Assembly: GCA_008932965.1 (NCBI GenBank)
Contig: WBXG01000005.1
Location: forward strand, 8,307-40,306
Direction: 5' to 3'
DNA length: 32,000 nt
Source of the DNA: Verrucomicrobiota bacterium
GTDB lineage: Bacteria > Verrucomicrobiota > Verrucomicrobiia > Chthoniobacterales > UBA6821
How positions within the stretch are numbered: position 1 is the first letter of the stretch; every line of letters begins with the position of its first letter. Positions 17,036 through 26,689 of this stretch are shown here, piece by piece. The position numbers and the translations under genes are program-made. The notes under the pieces are model-generated. The model was not told where the DNA came from and ran no database searches. It was given only the letters and a program-made list of their open reading frames with translations.

Positions 17036-19390
17036 TTAATTTTCCATTTTTGAAACTAAAATCACAACAGAGCGTGATTCTACTAAGTAACTTTCCGCAT
17101 TGATGGAAGGGGCTTCTTTCCAAGGGAGGATGTCCTGAGGCGATTCCTTAAAAGTATCAATACAACAACGCCAGGGTGTGTAGAAATTAGTGCACAAGGG
17201 AATTTCAAATTCTAGAGATTTCCAAAAAGAATTGATCATGATATGAATCATCACTTTGTGATCATAATTACGCATTGTTGCAGCTAAGGCGTGTGAATCT
17301 GCACCTAGGTCAGGAGCATTGAGTTTGACACCATGCCACTCAATGGCTTTTTCGATAAGAAGTTCTCTCAATGTTTGAGCATAGGTGTCACAAAGATGAC
17401 TGCGGTCTAAACGAAAATTAATGAGTTGCCGTGTGAATCGATGGATATCGGCATGTTTCTTGAGGAGGGACCAGTCAAAGGATCCGATATCACCTGCATG
17501 ACAGTAGGCATTGTTATTTCCTTGTTGAGTACGTCTCACCTCATCACCAGCTAAAATCATTGGTGTTCCTACAGAGAAAAAAAGTATTGTTAAAAAATTT
17601 TTAATTTGTCGATTGCGTAATTTTTCAATTTCAGAATCCTCCGTAGGCCCCTCCATTCCGCAATTCCAGCTGCAATTGAAATTAGATCCATCGCGGTTGT
17701 TTTCTTGATTAGCTTCATTATGCTTTTCATTATAGCTCACCAGATCATTGAGAGTAAAACCATCGTGACAGGTAATAAAATTGACGCTCTGTTCAGGGTT
17801 TCTCTCTTCATTTTCATAAATATCTGGGCTCCCTGTCATGCGGTAAGCAAGAGATCTAATAGTATTATTATCTCCTTTAATAAAAGAGCGAACATCATCA
17901 CGAAAATGTCCATTCCACTCATTCCAGGAATCTCCAGGAAAATGTCCCACTTGGTACAGTCCGGCAGCATCCCATGCCTCTGCAAATAACTTAATGTTTG
18001 CTAGTACAGGATCGGATTCGATATCCCAGATAGTAGGAGGATGAGCCATGGGAGTTCCTGATTCATCACGAGAGAGAATAGAGGCTAGATCAAAACGAAA
18101 ACCATCGATATGCATCTCATCAACCCAATAACGAAGAGAGTCAAGAATGAGACGACGCACAATAGATTCATTAGCGTTGAAGGTATTTCCACAACCACTA
18201 AAGTCAGCATAGGTTGCTTTATCTTTTCCTAAAATATAGTAGGTTTCATTGCCAAGTCCACGGAAAGAGAGTGTAGGGCCATGAAGGCCTCCTTCCGTAG
18301 TGTGATTAAAAACGACATCGAGAATTACTTCAATGTTTGCACGATGCAGTGCTTTGACCATGGAACGAAATTCATCTAATACGGCTAATGGCTCTTTTTT
18401 TGAGGAATACTGAGGATGCGGTGCAAAAAAAGCATAGGGTTGATAGCCCCATATATTAGAAAGGCCATCGGGTGCGTCTTCCGGGTCAAAGGCAAAGATC
18501 GGGAGTAATTCCACAGCAGTGATTCCAAGCTCTTTTAAATAGGGGATTTTTTCAATAACTCCAGCATAGGTACCTCTTTTTTCAGGAGAGAGACCAGAAT
18601 TAGGATTGCTAGTGAATGTCCCAATATTCATTTCGTAAATAACTGTTTTACATAAAGGATGGCGCAAAGGCAAATCACCCTCCCAATCGTAAGATTTAGA
18701 ATGAACAACTACATTTTTTATCGCAGTAACACAATTATCCCCTGGTGCTGCAGCAGCTTTACGGGAACGAGAAGAAGGGAGAGCTATACATTTTCCATAA
18801 GGATCAAGTAATACTTTTTCAGAGTCAAAGCGAAGTCCCTCCTTGCTATTAAAGGGACCATACATACGCCAAGCATAAATTTGGCCCTCTTTCAGACCAG
18901 GTACAAAAACATGCCAATAATGATAAGATCTATTTTGCTGGGTTGTAAGTGGAATCACTTTCGAGGGCTTGGTATCCTCAATATGATCAAAAAGCAGCAA
19001 CTCCGCCTGCTTTGCATGTTTTGAAAAGATGCTAAAGTTAACGCCATGCTTAAATACAGTGGCTCCAAGTGGAAAACTTCTCCCCGTCTCCTTGCCAAAT
19101 GCTGCTCTTGAAACTAATCCAGATATTTCATGCTCATCACCTACAACAATTGGGGAGCCAGATGGATGCTGCGATGAGCTCAAAGTAGTGCTCTGGCAGT
19201 GTATGCTTGCACCTAGGTCGTCAGACTTCATCACATATCCTGACCCATCAGGCTTCGCAGCCTCCTCGTCACGATCAGTATGAAATATCTCAGTGAGCTG
19301 GGAGGACTCCATGTTTACCTCCTTGGGTTTATTCAAGGACTGAGCGCTAGGAGCTGCTCCAGGGATATTCTTTGTGGTAAGATCTGTCAT
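17036..19390 (-). CDS. glgX: Glycogen debranching enzyme GlgX (GH13_11) with a ~100-aa N-terminal extension
   Basis: The core is colinear with E. coli GlgX from PLGATVFKHGVNFSIFS onward. Catalytic blocks are GFRFDLASIL, AEAWD and VNFITCHDGFTLND. Confidence 0.92.
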   Translation of the reverse strand: MTDLTTKNIPGAAPSAQSLNKPKEVNMESSQLTEIFHTDRDEEAAKPDGSGYVMKSDDLGASIHCQSTTLSSSQHPSGSPIVVGDEHEISGLVSRAAFGKETGRSFPLGATVFKHGVNFSIFSKHAKQAELLLFDHIEDTKPSKVIPLTTQQNRSYHYWHVFVPGLKEGQIYAWRMYGPFNSKEGLRFDSEKVLLDPYGKCIALPSSRSRKAAAAPGDNCVTAIKNVVVHSKSYDWEGDLPLRHPLCKTVIYEMNIGTFTSNPNSGLSPEKRGTYAGVIEKIPYLKELGITAVELLPIFAFDPEDAPDGLSNIWGYQPYAFFAPHPQYSSKKEPLAVLDEFRSMVKALHRANIEVILDVVFNHTTEGGLHGPTLSFRGLGNETYYILGKDKATYADFSGCGNTFNANESIVRRLILDSLRYWVDEMHIDGFRFDLASILSRDESGTPMAHPPTIWDIESDPVLANIKLFAEAWDAAGLYQVGHFPGDSWNEWNGHFRDDVRSFIKGDNNTIRSLAYRMTGSPDIYENEERNPEQSVNFITCHDGFTLNDLVSYNEKHNEANQENNRDGSNFNCSWNCGMEGPTEDSEIEKLRNRQIKNFLTILFFSVGTPMILAGDEVRRTQQGNNNAYCHAGDIGSFDWSLLKKHADIHRFTRQLINFRLDRSHLCDTYAQTLRELLIEKAIEWHGVKLNAPDLGADSHALAATMRNYDHKVMIHIMINSFWKSLEFEIPLCTNFYTPWRCCIDTFKESPQDILPWKEAPSINAESYLVESRSVVILVSKMEN

Positions 19391-19478
19391 GGAAGCACTA
19401 CATTTTGAATGAGAACGGCATTTCTTAAAATTTCAGAGGGGTCCTCTCTTACTCATGATAAGGCCTATTTTTCTCTAT

Positions 19479-20633
19479 TTAGGAGATAGCATCAACTTTA
19501 CTGAGGCGACGTAGATGTCTCTCTGCATGACTGTAGTTACTCTGAAGAAAGGTTTGAACGAGATCCCAAGCGACCTCTAGTCCCATTGTTCTTCCTCCCA
19601 TACAAAGAAGATTGATATGATCATCTTCAACTCCCTGCTTGGCGGAAAAGTGATCTTCAATAAGTGCTGCTCGAACTCCTTGGATTTTGTTAGCACAGAC
19701 AGTCACTCCAACCCCACTTCCGCATATGGCAATACCTCGAGCGACTGTTCCCTTGGAAACAGCATGCGATAATGGAATGATGTAGTCAGGATAATCATCT
19801 TCAGGAACGAGTGTAGGAGCACCAAAATCAGTAACGTGATATCCTAGAAATTGAAGTCGTTTTACTAACGCCTCCTTGAGCTCAAAACCACCGTGATCTG
19901 AAGCGATACCTATGGTGAGTGGATGTTCTTTCCATAGGGAGAGATCTAGGGAGCCTAAAGCTGTAGTATCCGCAAATAGAGTTGCTTGATTTTGCTGGAC
20001 TACCCCGCCTGGAATAGAGGCATCACGATTTAAAAGATGACACAAAGCTCCTGTTTTTTCTTTTCCTGTAACAACCCAGAGAATTTTTCTAGCACGATTA
20101 ATGACGGGGTATGTTAATGTCATACGCTGATGATTTTGATAAACTCCTGTAATGGCTACCTCTCGATCAACAACATCTAAAACGGAATCTCCAGGAATGA
20201 GTGAAGCAGTATGACCATCTGGTCCAAGTCCAAGATGAATTAAATCCAAAAGGATTGGAGAACCTGTAATATTCTCTAAAAGATGAGTATATTGTTGGGT
20301 TGCAGCCTCAATGTGCTTCTCCTCAACAGGCATTGCAATTATTTGCTCAGGTGGCAATGGAGCGTGACTTAGGAGACTTTCTTGAAGGTGAGTTAAATTT
20401 CGATCTGCTGATCCGCTCGGAGCGATACGTTCATCTACTTGAAAAATATAAACATTTTCCCATGGGATCTCCTCTTGAGCAAGCATGCGCAGCATGATCC
20501 AGGGAGTTTTACCACCACTCACTGCCATTACAAAACGACCCCGTTCTGCAACCGCTGCCCGAGCTGTAGCAGCTATAAAACAAGCTGCTTCTCGAGCCAC
20601 AGAAGTCTCATCAGGAAAAATTTCAATATTCAT
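19479..20633 (-). CDS. Fusion protein: 6-phosphogluconolactonase (N-terminal) plus ribose-5-phosphate isomerase B (C-terminal)
   Basis: Residues 1 to about 230 carry Pgl motifs (AVSGGKTP, FQVDERIAP). From about residue 240 the RpiB motifs appear: IGIASDHGGFELKE, DYPDY, ICGSGVGVTVCANKIQGVRAAL and a C-terminal AERHLRRL. It is one uninterrupted 384-aa ORF. Confidence 0.85.
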   Translation of the reverse strand: MNIEIFPDETSVAREAACFIAATARAAVAERGRFVMAVSGGKTPWIMLRMLAQEEIPWENVYIFQVDERIAPSGSADRNLTHLQESLLSHAPLPPEQIIAMPVEEKHIEAATQQYTHLLENITGSPILLDLIHLGLGPDGHTASLIPGDSVLDVVDREVAITGVYQNHQRMTLTYPVINRARKILWVVTGKEKTGALCHLLNRDASIPGGVVQQNQATLFADTTALGSLDLSLWKEHPLTIGIASDHGGFELKEALVKRLQFLGYHVTDFGAPTLVPEDDYPDYIIPLSHAVSKGTVARGIAICGSGVGVTVCANKIQGVRAALIEDHFSAKQGVEDDHINLLCMGGRTMGLEVAWDLVQTFLQSNYSHAERHLRRLSKVDAIS

Positions 20634-20727
20634 ACAAAAGTTTTTAAAGTGAGGGGTTTTTGGAAATGGGATAATCTCATCTGCAGAGCGATGAGGTTGT
20701 TAGAAAAACAAAAAAAATATCTTAGTT

Positions 20728-22098
20728 CTACTGAGGATTATGCCATCCTCCTTTTGGAAGAAGGTGCAAGTCTGTTTCTTGAGGGCCCCAAGTATGAATT
20801 TCATACTGATAAATCGGGGTGCTAGCTTTGATGATCGGGTCAACAATACGCCAAGCTTCCTCGACATAGTCTTCACGAGCAAAAAGAGTTGGGTCGCCTG
20901 CGAGAGCATCTGTTAACACGCGCTCGTAAGCAGTCATTTCAATAGAATCTGGTTGATGAGTTGTGATGAGTTCAACAGAACGGCTTTCTGTTTCATTATC
21001 AGGGTTCACAGCATTCATCCCCATGCCAATAATGACTTCCGGGCTAATACGAATACGAATATGATTTTGTCTTACTTGGTAGTTCGTATAAAAGGGAGTG
21101 CTTGGCTTTAATCTAATAAAGATTTCAGTGCATTCTACTGGAAGATTCTTGCCAGCTCTCAAAAAGATAGGGACTCCTTGCCAACGTGGAGAATTCACCT
21201 CAAGTTGAAGAGCTGCGAATGTTTCTGTTTGAGAGCCACCAACAACACCTGGTTCTTGGAGATAGCCTTGAAATTGACCTCGTATGATATTTTTCTCTGA
21301 GAGTGGGGGTATTGCTTGGAGCACTTTTACCTTTTCATCTCTAATAGATTCACTGTCGAGACCTTGAGGCTGCTCCATAAGAATGTTGGTTAATAACTGG
21401 AAAAGATGATTTTCCATGACGTCACGGACGGTTCCAGTTTTATCATAAAAACTTCCCCTTCCTTGAACTCCAAAATCTTCTGCCATTGTGATCTGAATGC
21501 TTTCTATATGATCACTACTCCAAAGAGCTTCAGGGATCATATTTGTAAATCGGAAAAAAAGCATGTTATGTACAACCGGTTTTCCCAAATAATGATCAAT
21601 CCTAAAAATGCGTGATTCATCAAAGACATTGAGTAAAATAGCATTTAATTTTTTCGCTGATTCTAGATCCGTGCCAAAGGGTTTCTCAATAACAACACGT
21701 GCATTTGCTCCAGCACATCCGGAGGAACTGAGCTTTTCGACAACAAGTCCAAAAAGAAGAGGAGGAATAGCTAAATAGTGAGCTGGATGGGTTGAGGTGC
21801 CAAGTTCTTGGCGTAGTAAATCATAGGTGGAATCATCATTGTAATCTCCATCTACGTAGCGTAGGAGATTTGAGAGTTTTTTCCATGCATCAGGATCAAG
21901 ACCTCCATGTTTCTCAAGACTATCCTGAGCCCGTGCTTTGAGTTGATCTAGATTCCATCCTGCTTTGGCAACTCCAATAATAGGGATGTCAAGATGGCCT
22001 CGCTTGACCATTGCTTGTAGTGATGGGAATATTTTTTTATAAGCGAGATCACCAGTCGCACCAAAAAAAACAAGGGCATCAGAAGAGTGGTTTTTCAT
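20728..22098 (-). CDS. zwf: Glucose-6-phosphate 1-dehydrogenase
   Basis: FFGATGDLAYKKIFPSL (NADP site), EKPFG and the active-site block RIDHYLGK. Confidence 0.95.
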   Translation of the reverse strand: MKNHSSDALVFFGATGDLAYKKIFPSLQAMVKRGHLDIPIIGVAKAGWNLDQLKARAQDSLEKHGGLDPDAWKKLSNLLRYVDGDYNDDSTYDLLRQELGTSTHPAHYLAIPPLLFGLVVEKLSSSGCAGANARVVIEKPFGTDLESAKKLNAILLNVFDESRIFRIDHYLGKPVVHNMLFFRFTNMIPEALWSSDHIESIQITMAEDFGVQGRGSFYDKTGTVRDVMENHLFQLLTNILMEQPQGLDSESIRDEKVKVLQAIPPLSEKNIIRGQFQGYLQEPGVVGGSQTETFAALQLEVNSPRWQGVPIFLRAGKNLPVECTEIFIRLKPSTPFYTNYQVRQNHIRIRISPEVIIGMGMNAVNPDNETESRSVELITTHQPDSIEMTAYERVLTDALAGDPTLFAREDYVEEAWRIVDPIIKASTPIYQYEIHTWGPQETDLHLLPKGGWHNPQ

Positions 22099-22182
22099 AA
22101 AATGGTTTTTAAATTTCTATAGCGAAAACTAGCTTCTAGGTATTTCTAATACGTATTCCTACTTGGTGAGTTGAATTATTTA

Positions 22183-23229
22183 TTAATCCTTTTTTTCAAG
22201 ATGTCCTCCGAAGCCAAAGCGCATCGCAGAGAGGATTTTATTTTGGAATTCAGCTTCACCACGTGAGCTAAAACGGGCATAGAGTGCTGTTGTAAGGACA
22301 GGTGCTGGTGTTCCTTCATCGATTGCAGCCTTAATTGTCCAGCGTCCTTCTCCAGAGTCAGAAACACGACCTGCAAATTTACTGAGTGCTGGATCTTGAG
22401 CAAAAGCATTTGCAGTGAGGTCAAGTAACCATGAAGCAATAACGCTTCCACGACGCCATACCTCGGATATTTCAGGAAGATCCATATCGTACTGATAATG
22501 CTCTGGATCACGAAGTGGAGTTGTCTCAGCATCGATATCATGAGTCTTCTTTCCAATATCAGAATTTTTAATGATACTAAGTCCCTCTGCATAGGCTGCC
22601 ATGATGGCATACTCGATACCGTTATGAACCATTTTTACAAAATGGCCTGCTCCATTAGGTCCACAATGGAGATATCCATTTTCTGCGGTTCCTTTATTAG
22701 GAGGACGCCCCTCCGTCCGTGGAATCGTTCCAATACCAGGAGCTAATGTTTCGAAGATAGGGTCAAGATATTGAACGGAATTTTTCTCTCCACCAATCAT
22801 CATGCAGTAACCACGTTCGAGTCCCCAGACTCCACCGCTTGTCCCGACATCAACATAATGAATATTTTTTGCAGCAAGCTCTTTAGCACGTCGTATATCA
22901 TCGATATAATAGGAGTTACCACCATCAATAATAATATCATCTTTGCTTAAATGAGGTACGAGTTCAGCAATGGTTTCATCAACAACTGCTGCAGGAACCA
23001 TGAGCCAAATGGCACGAGGAGTTGTTAACTTGGAAACCATGTCACTTAGCGATGTGGAGCCAATTGCCCCTTCTTTTTCTAAGATAGTCACATTCTCCTG
23101 GGACTGATCAAAGGCAATGCAATGATGCCCCTCCTTCATAAGACGTCGAACCATGTTAGCGCCCATACGACCAAGACCAACCATTCCAAGTTGCATTGCT
23201 TTAGGATTATTCATAATTTGAGATTTCAA
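22183..23229 (-). CDS. gnd: 6-phosphogluconate dehydrogenase, decarboxylating (short ~300-350 aa form)
   Basis: [15 protein letters not shown] Rossmann motif, [15 protein letters not shown] and [16 protein letters not shown]. The start may be an internal Met (MQLGMVGLG). Confidence 0.88.
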   Translation of the reverse strand: MKSQIMNNPKAMQLGMVGLGRMGANMVRRLMKEGHHCIAFDQSQENVTILEKEGAIGSTSLSDMVSKLTTPRAIWLMVPAAVVDETIAELVPHLSKDDIIIDGGNSYYIDDIRRAKELAAKNIHYVDVGTSGGVWGLERGYCMMIGGEKNSVQYLDPIFETLAPGIGTIPRTEGRPPNKGTAENGYLHCGPNGAGHFVKMVHNGIEYAIMAAYAEGLSIIKNSDIGKKTHDIDAETTPLRDPEHYQYDMDLPEISEVWRRGSVIASWLLDLTANAFAQDPALSKFAGRVSDSGEGRWTIKAAIDEGTPAPVLTTALYARFSSRGEAEFQNKILSAMRFGFGGHLEKKD

Positions 23230-23237
23230 GGTTAAGG

Positions 23238-23912
23238 TTAAAAGTTTTGGGAAGAAGAAAGTTGTTTCATTGCTGCTGCAATACCAAGAGGAGATTTAAA
23301 AATAGAAGTTCCAGCCACAAAAACAGTTGCTCCTGCTTTTTCAGCAAGTGAAATAGTTGAAGCATCAATACCTCCATCAACTTCTAATTCACATTCTGGA
23401 TTATTCAGTGCAATCATCTTCTCAATGAGTCCAATTTTCTTTAATGTAAGCTGCAAGAAGTGCTGGCTTCCAAAGCCAGGATTAACAGTCATTACTAAGA
23501 CAAGATCTAGTTCTGGTAAGATTTCCTCGAGAACACAAGCAGGAGTTGCAGGGTTAATTGCTACTCCAATTTTTTTACCAATCTGTTTAGCTTTTTGGAC
23601 TGTCCTATGTAAATTATTGTTTCCTTCATAATGAACAATAAAGCTGCTAGCCCCAGCTTGAGCAAATTCTTCCATAAAGAAATCAGGGTTAGTGATCATC
23701 AAATGAACTTCAAGTGGCAACTGAGTTATTTTGCTAGTTGCTCTAATAATAGGTTCGCCCATGGAAATATTAGGAACAAAATGTCCATCCATAACATCGA
23801 TATGAATACGCGTGGCTCCTGCTTTTTCTGCTTCAGAAACCTGATTTCCAAGACAGCTGAAGTCAGCTGCAAGGATAGAGGGAGCGAGTTGGCGTGGAGA
23901 GGCGAGGTTCAC
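23238..23912 (-). CDS. rpe: Ribulose-phosphate 3-epimerase
   Basis: [32 protein letters not shown] and VDGGI motifs. Length 224 aa. Confidence 0.95.
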   Translation of the reverse strand: MNLASPRQLAPSILAADFSCLGNQVSEAEKAGATRIHIDVMDGHFVPNISMGEPIIRATSKITQLPLEVHLMITNPDFFMEEFAQAGASSFIVHYEGNNNLHRTVQKAKQIGKKIGVAINPATPACVLEEILPELDLVLVMTVNPGFGSQHFLQLTLKKIGLIEKMIALNNPECELEVDGGIDASTISLAEKAGATVFVAGTSIFKSPLGIAAAMKQLSSSQNF

Positions 23913-24055
23913 TGTGCTAAGAATAAAATGAGGTGAGAAAGAAGAGTGACAGCAAGCAAGGAGTCATCTTGTAAAATATAGGGTTTAATAAAAATGTCTC
24001 TAGAAAGCTCTATTTTTATCACACATTTATAGTGTTATCTTTTTCCTTCGTCTCT

Positions 24056-25690
24056 CTAACGATTTTTTCTATAAAGCGAGATGAGATTATTTGTAGAGCT
24101 ATCATGCTGAAGTGGAGGCTCTATAGGATTTTCCAACTCTGGAATGATTTTTTGTGCTAGAACCTTACCAAGTTCTACTCCCCATTGGTCAAAAGAATCA
24201 ATGCCCCAAATGGCACCTTGAGTGAAAACATTGTGTTCGTATAAGGCAACTAATTTGCCAAGTGTTTCTGGAGTGAGCGAATCGGCAAGAAGTATATTGG
24301 AAGGGCGATTTCCTTCAAAAACCCGATGTGGAATCAGGGTTTCGGGTGTACCCTCTGCTTGAACTTGTTCTTTTGTTTTTCCAAAAGCAAGCGCTTCTGC
24401 TTGAGCAAAAACATTAGAAACTAAAAGATCATGGTGCCTGCCAAGTGGGTTGAGTCCTTTGTAAAAAGTAATAAAGTCACATGGGATGAGGCGTGTTCCT
24501 TGATGTATCAATTGATAAAAAGAGTGTTGGCCATTTGTTCCTGGTTCTCCCCAATAAATGGGTCCTGTCTCAGCAGAGACAGCTGTTCCTTCTAACGTTA
24601 CATGCTTGCCATTACTCTCCATCGTGAGCTGCTGAAGATAGGCAGGAAAGCGCTTGAGGTATTGATCGTAGGGGAGAACAGCAACAGTTTGAGCACCAAA
24701 AAAGTTATTGTACCAAACCGAGAGTAGTCCTAAGAGGACTGGGAGATTTTTTTCAAAAGGAGCTGTGCGGAAATGCTCATCCATAGAATGAAAACCGGCT
24801 AGCATCTCATTAAAATGTTCTGGTCCAATGGCAATCATCGTGGAGAGCCCAATAGCCGAGTCCATGGAGTAACGTCCACCAACCCAATCCCAAAAACCAA
24901 ACATATTAGCAGTATCAATTCCGAACTCTGCAACTTTGGTTGCATTTGTTGAAACTGCTGCAAAATGTTTTGCAACAGCTTTTGAATCACCCCCCATGCC
25001 CTTCAGTAGCCAATCACGAGCACTATGAGCATTCGTTAAGGTCTCAAGGGTTCCAAACGTTTTTGAGGAGACAATAAAAAGTGTTTCAGAAGGATCAAGA
25101 TCGCGAGTTGCTTCGACAAAATCAGTAGCATCCACATTGGAAACAAAGCGAAAGTTCATAGAGCGTTTGCTGTAGAAACGAAGCGCTTCATAAGCCATTA
25201 CTGGCCCAAGATCGGATCCACCAATGCCAATGTTAATGATGTTTTTAATCGATTTGCCACTATAGCCTTTCCATTCGCCGGATCGTATGCTAGTGGCAAA
25301 ACATGACATTCTTTCAAGGACTTCGTGAACTTTAGGAACAACATCTTCCCCATCAACGATCATTTTTTCTCCTTTTGGGGCCCGAAGAGCGACATGCAGC
25401 ACAGCTCTATTTTCAGAAATATTAATCTTATCACCGCGAAACATGGAATCAATCCGCTCACGTAAACCTGATTCTTCTGCTAGCTTGACAAGGAGCTGCA
25501 CTGTCTCTTCTGTGATTCTATTTTTCGAAAAATCAAGGAAAAGACCTATTGCATCAAGGCTCATTTTTTTACCTCGATCCTGATCTTGAGCAAAGAGCTC
25601 TTTTAGATTTTTTTCATTAAAGAGGGATCGATGAGACTGGAGTGCTTTCCATGAAGGGCGCTCGGTAAGTTGAGATAATTGAGAAGTCAT
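24056..25690 (-). CDS. pgi: Glucose-6-phosphate isomerase
   Basis: [28 protein letters not shown] and [12 protein letters not shown] signatures. Length 544 aa. Confidence 0.95.
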   Translation of the reverse strand: MTSQLSQLTERPSWKALQSHRSLFNEKNLKELFAQDQDRGKKMSLDAIGLFLDFSKNRITEETVQLLVKLAEESGLRERIDSMFRGDKINISENRAVLHVALRAPKGEKMIVDGEDVVPKVHEVLERMSCFATSIRSGEWKGYSGKSIKNIINIGIGGSDLGPVMAYEALRFYSKRSMNFRFVSNVDATDFVEATRDLDPSETLFIVSSKTFGTLETLTNAHSARDWLLKGMGGDSKAVAKHFAAVSTNATKVAEFGIDTANMFGFWDWVGGRYSMDSAIGLSTMIAIGPEHFNEMLAGFHSMDEHFRTAPFEKNLPVLLGLLSVWYNNFFGAQTVAVLPYDQYLKRFPAYLQQLTMESNGKHVTLEGTAVSAETGPIYWGEPGTNGQHSFYQLIHQGTRLIPCDFITFYKGLNPLGRHHDLLVSNVFAQAEALAFGKTKEQVQAEGTPETLIPHRVFEGNRPSNILLADSLTPETLGKLVALYEHNVFTQGAIWGIDSFDQWGVELGKVLAQKIIPELENPIEPPLQHDSSTNNLISLYRKNR

Positions 25691-25880
25691 AGTTGGTTTT
25701 TGTTGACTGAAGTTTTAGGGCTGATATCCATCGTCTCCATTGATAACGCTACTAGAAACGATGCTGTATCATTGATTTACTAACAAATAAATATTAATTT
25801 ACTGAACTCGTTTCATCTACTTCATTGACTCACTGCTCGACTGCATTTTCAATGATTTGGAAAAGGGACCTCAAAATAAC

Positions 25881-26660
25881 CTATTTCCTCTGTAGGATGT
25901 TTTTTTTAATAGGTGTTTTTTTTGAGATCGATTTTGAAGCGTTCGTTTTATTTTTATAAGGTGTTTTGTTTGGGACAGCACGTAGTTTGCCTGGAAAATG
26001 TTCCCAAAGACGAAAGCCTCCTATGAAGGCATTGGAATTTGCAGCAATGGTACAGCCAATAGGGATAACAGTCAGATGTTGAGCATTTCCTCCACCTATA
26101 ACAACTTTTTCAGCCTGTAACGCTGTTTGTAAAATTTCAATAATATGGATTACTTCTTTTTGCCATTTCTCTTTACCATATTTTTTAAAGCCATGAAGAC
26201 CTACATAATCTTCAAAAGTTTTGCTTTTATAGGGAAGGTGAGCAAGTTCCATCGGGATAATAACACCATCATCAATCATGGTAGAACCTAACCCAGTTCC
26301 CAAACCTAAAAAAAGCATTCTTCCGCCACTGTAGTCACCTAAAGCCTGCATCGCAGCATCATTGATAATACGCACAGGGCAGTGGAAAGCTTTTTCATAA
26401 TCAAAATTGACCCATCCTGTTCCGAGGTTGACTGGTTCTTTGAGTGGTCTTCCATCTTTAGAGATAGGCATAGGACACCCAATAGAAACAACATCATAAT
26501 GCCATCCCTCTGCCAGCTGCTTCACTCCCTCTACCATCATTTGAGGTGTCATTGTGGGACCTGAAAGTAATTTTCTCTCTTCTTTGCTACCTGTAGCTCT
26601 AATTTTGACTTTGCTTCCACCAACATCAATTACAAGAATTGACAGTTTGACGTGTTCCAT
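25881..26660 (-). CDS. ROK-family glucokinase (polyphosphate/ATP-glucokinase-like) with a Lys-rich C-terminal tail
   Basis: LVIDVGGSKVK (phosphate-1 motif), RIINDAAMQALG, LGLGTGLGS and VIGGGNA. The layout and size resemble PPGK-type ROK kinases. The tail is VPNKTPYKNKTNASKSISKKTPIKKNILQRK. Confidence 0.78.
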   Translation of the reverse strand: MEHVKLSILVIDVGGSKVKIRATGSKEERKLLSGPTMTPQMMVEGVKQLAEGWHYDVVSIGCPMPISKDGRPLKEPVNLGTGWVNFDYEKAFHCPVRIINDAAMQALGDYSGGRMLFLGLGTGLGSTMIDDGVIIPMELAHLPYKSKTFEDYVGLHGFKKYGKEKWQKEVIHIIEILQTALQAEKVVIGGGNAQHLTVIPIGCTIAANSNAFIGGFRLWEHFPGKLRAVPNKTPYKNKTNASKSISKKTPIKKNILQRK

Positions 26661-26689
26661 TTTTAAAAAAATGTGAAAGTGTTATAAAA

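Noticed and set aside
19435-19447. Small hairpin (AGAGG-GGT-CCTCT) after the pgl-rpiB stop, and another (CTCATC/GATGAG, 20676-20695) after the zwf stop, as possible terminators
   Set aside because: The stems are only 5-6 bp and have no convincing U-tract on the transcribed (minus) strand. They are not strong enough to annotate.
20439-20909. ORFs 20439..20825 (+) and 20700..20909 (-) around the zwf/pgl-rpiB junction, and 22176..22610 (-) inside gnd
   Set aside because: They overlap strongly supported genes in other frames and have low-complexity or unrecognisable translations. They are treated as shadow ORFs.
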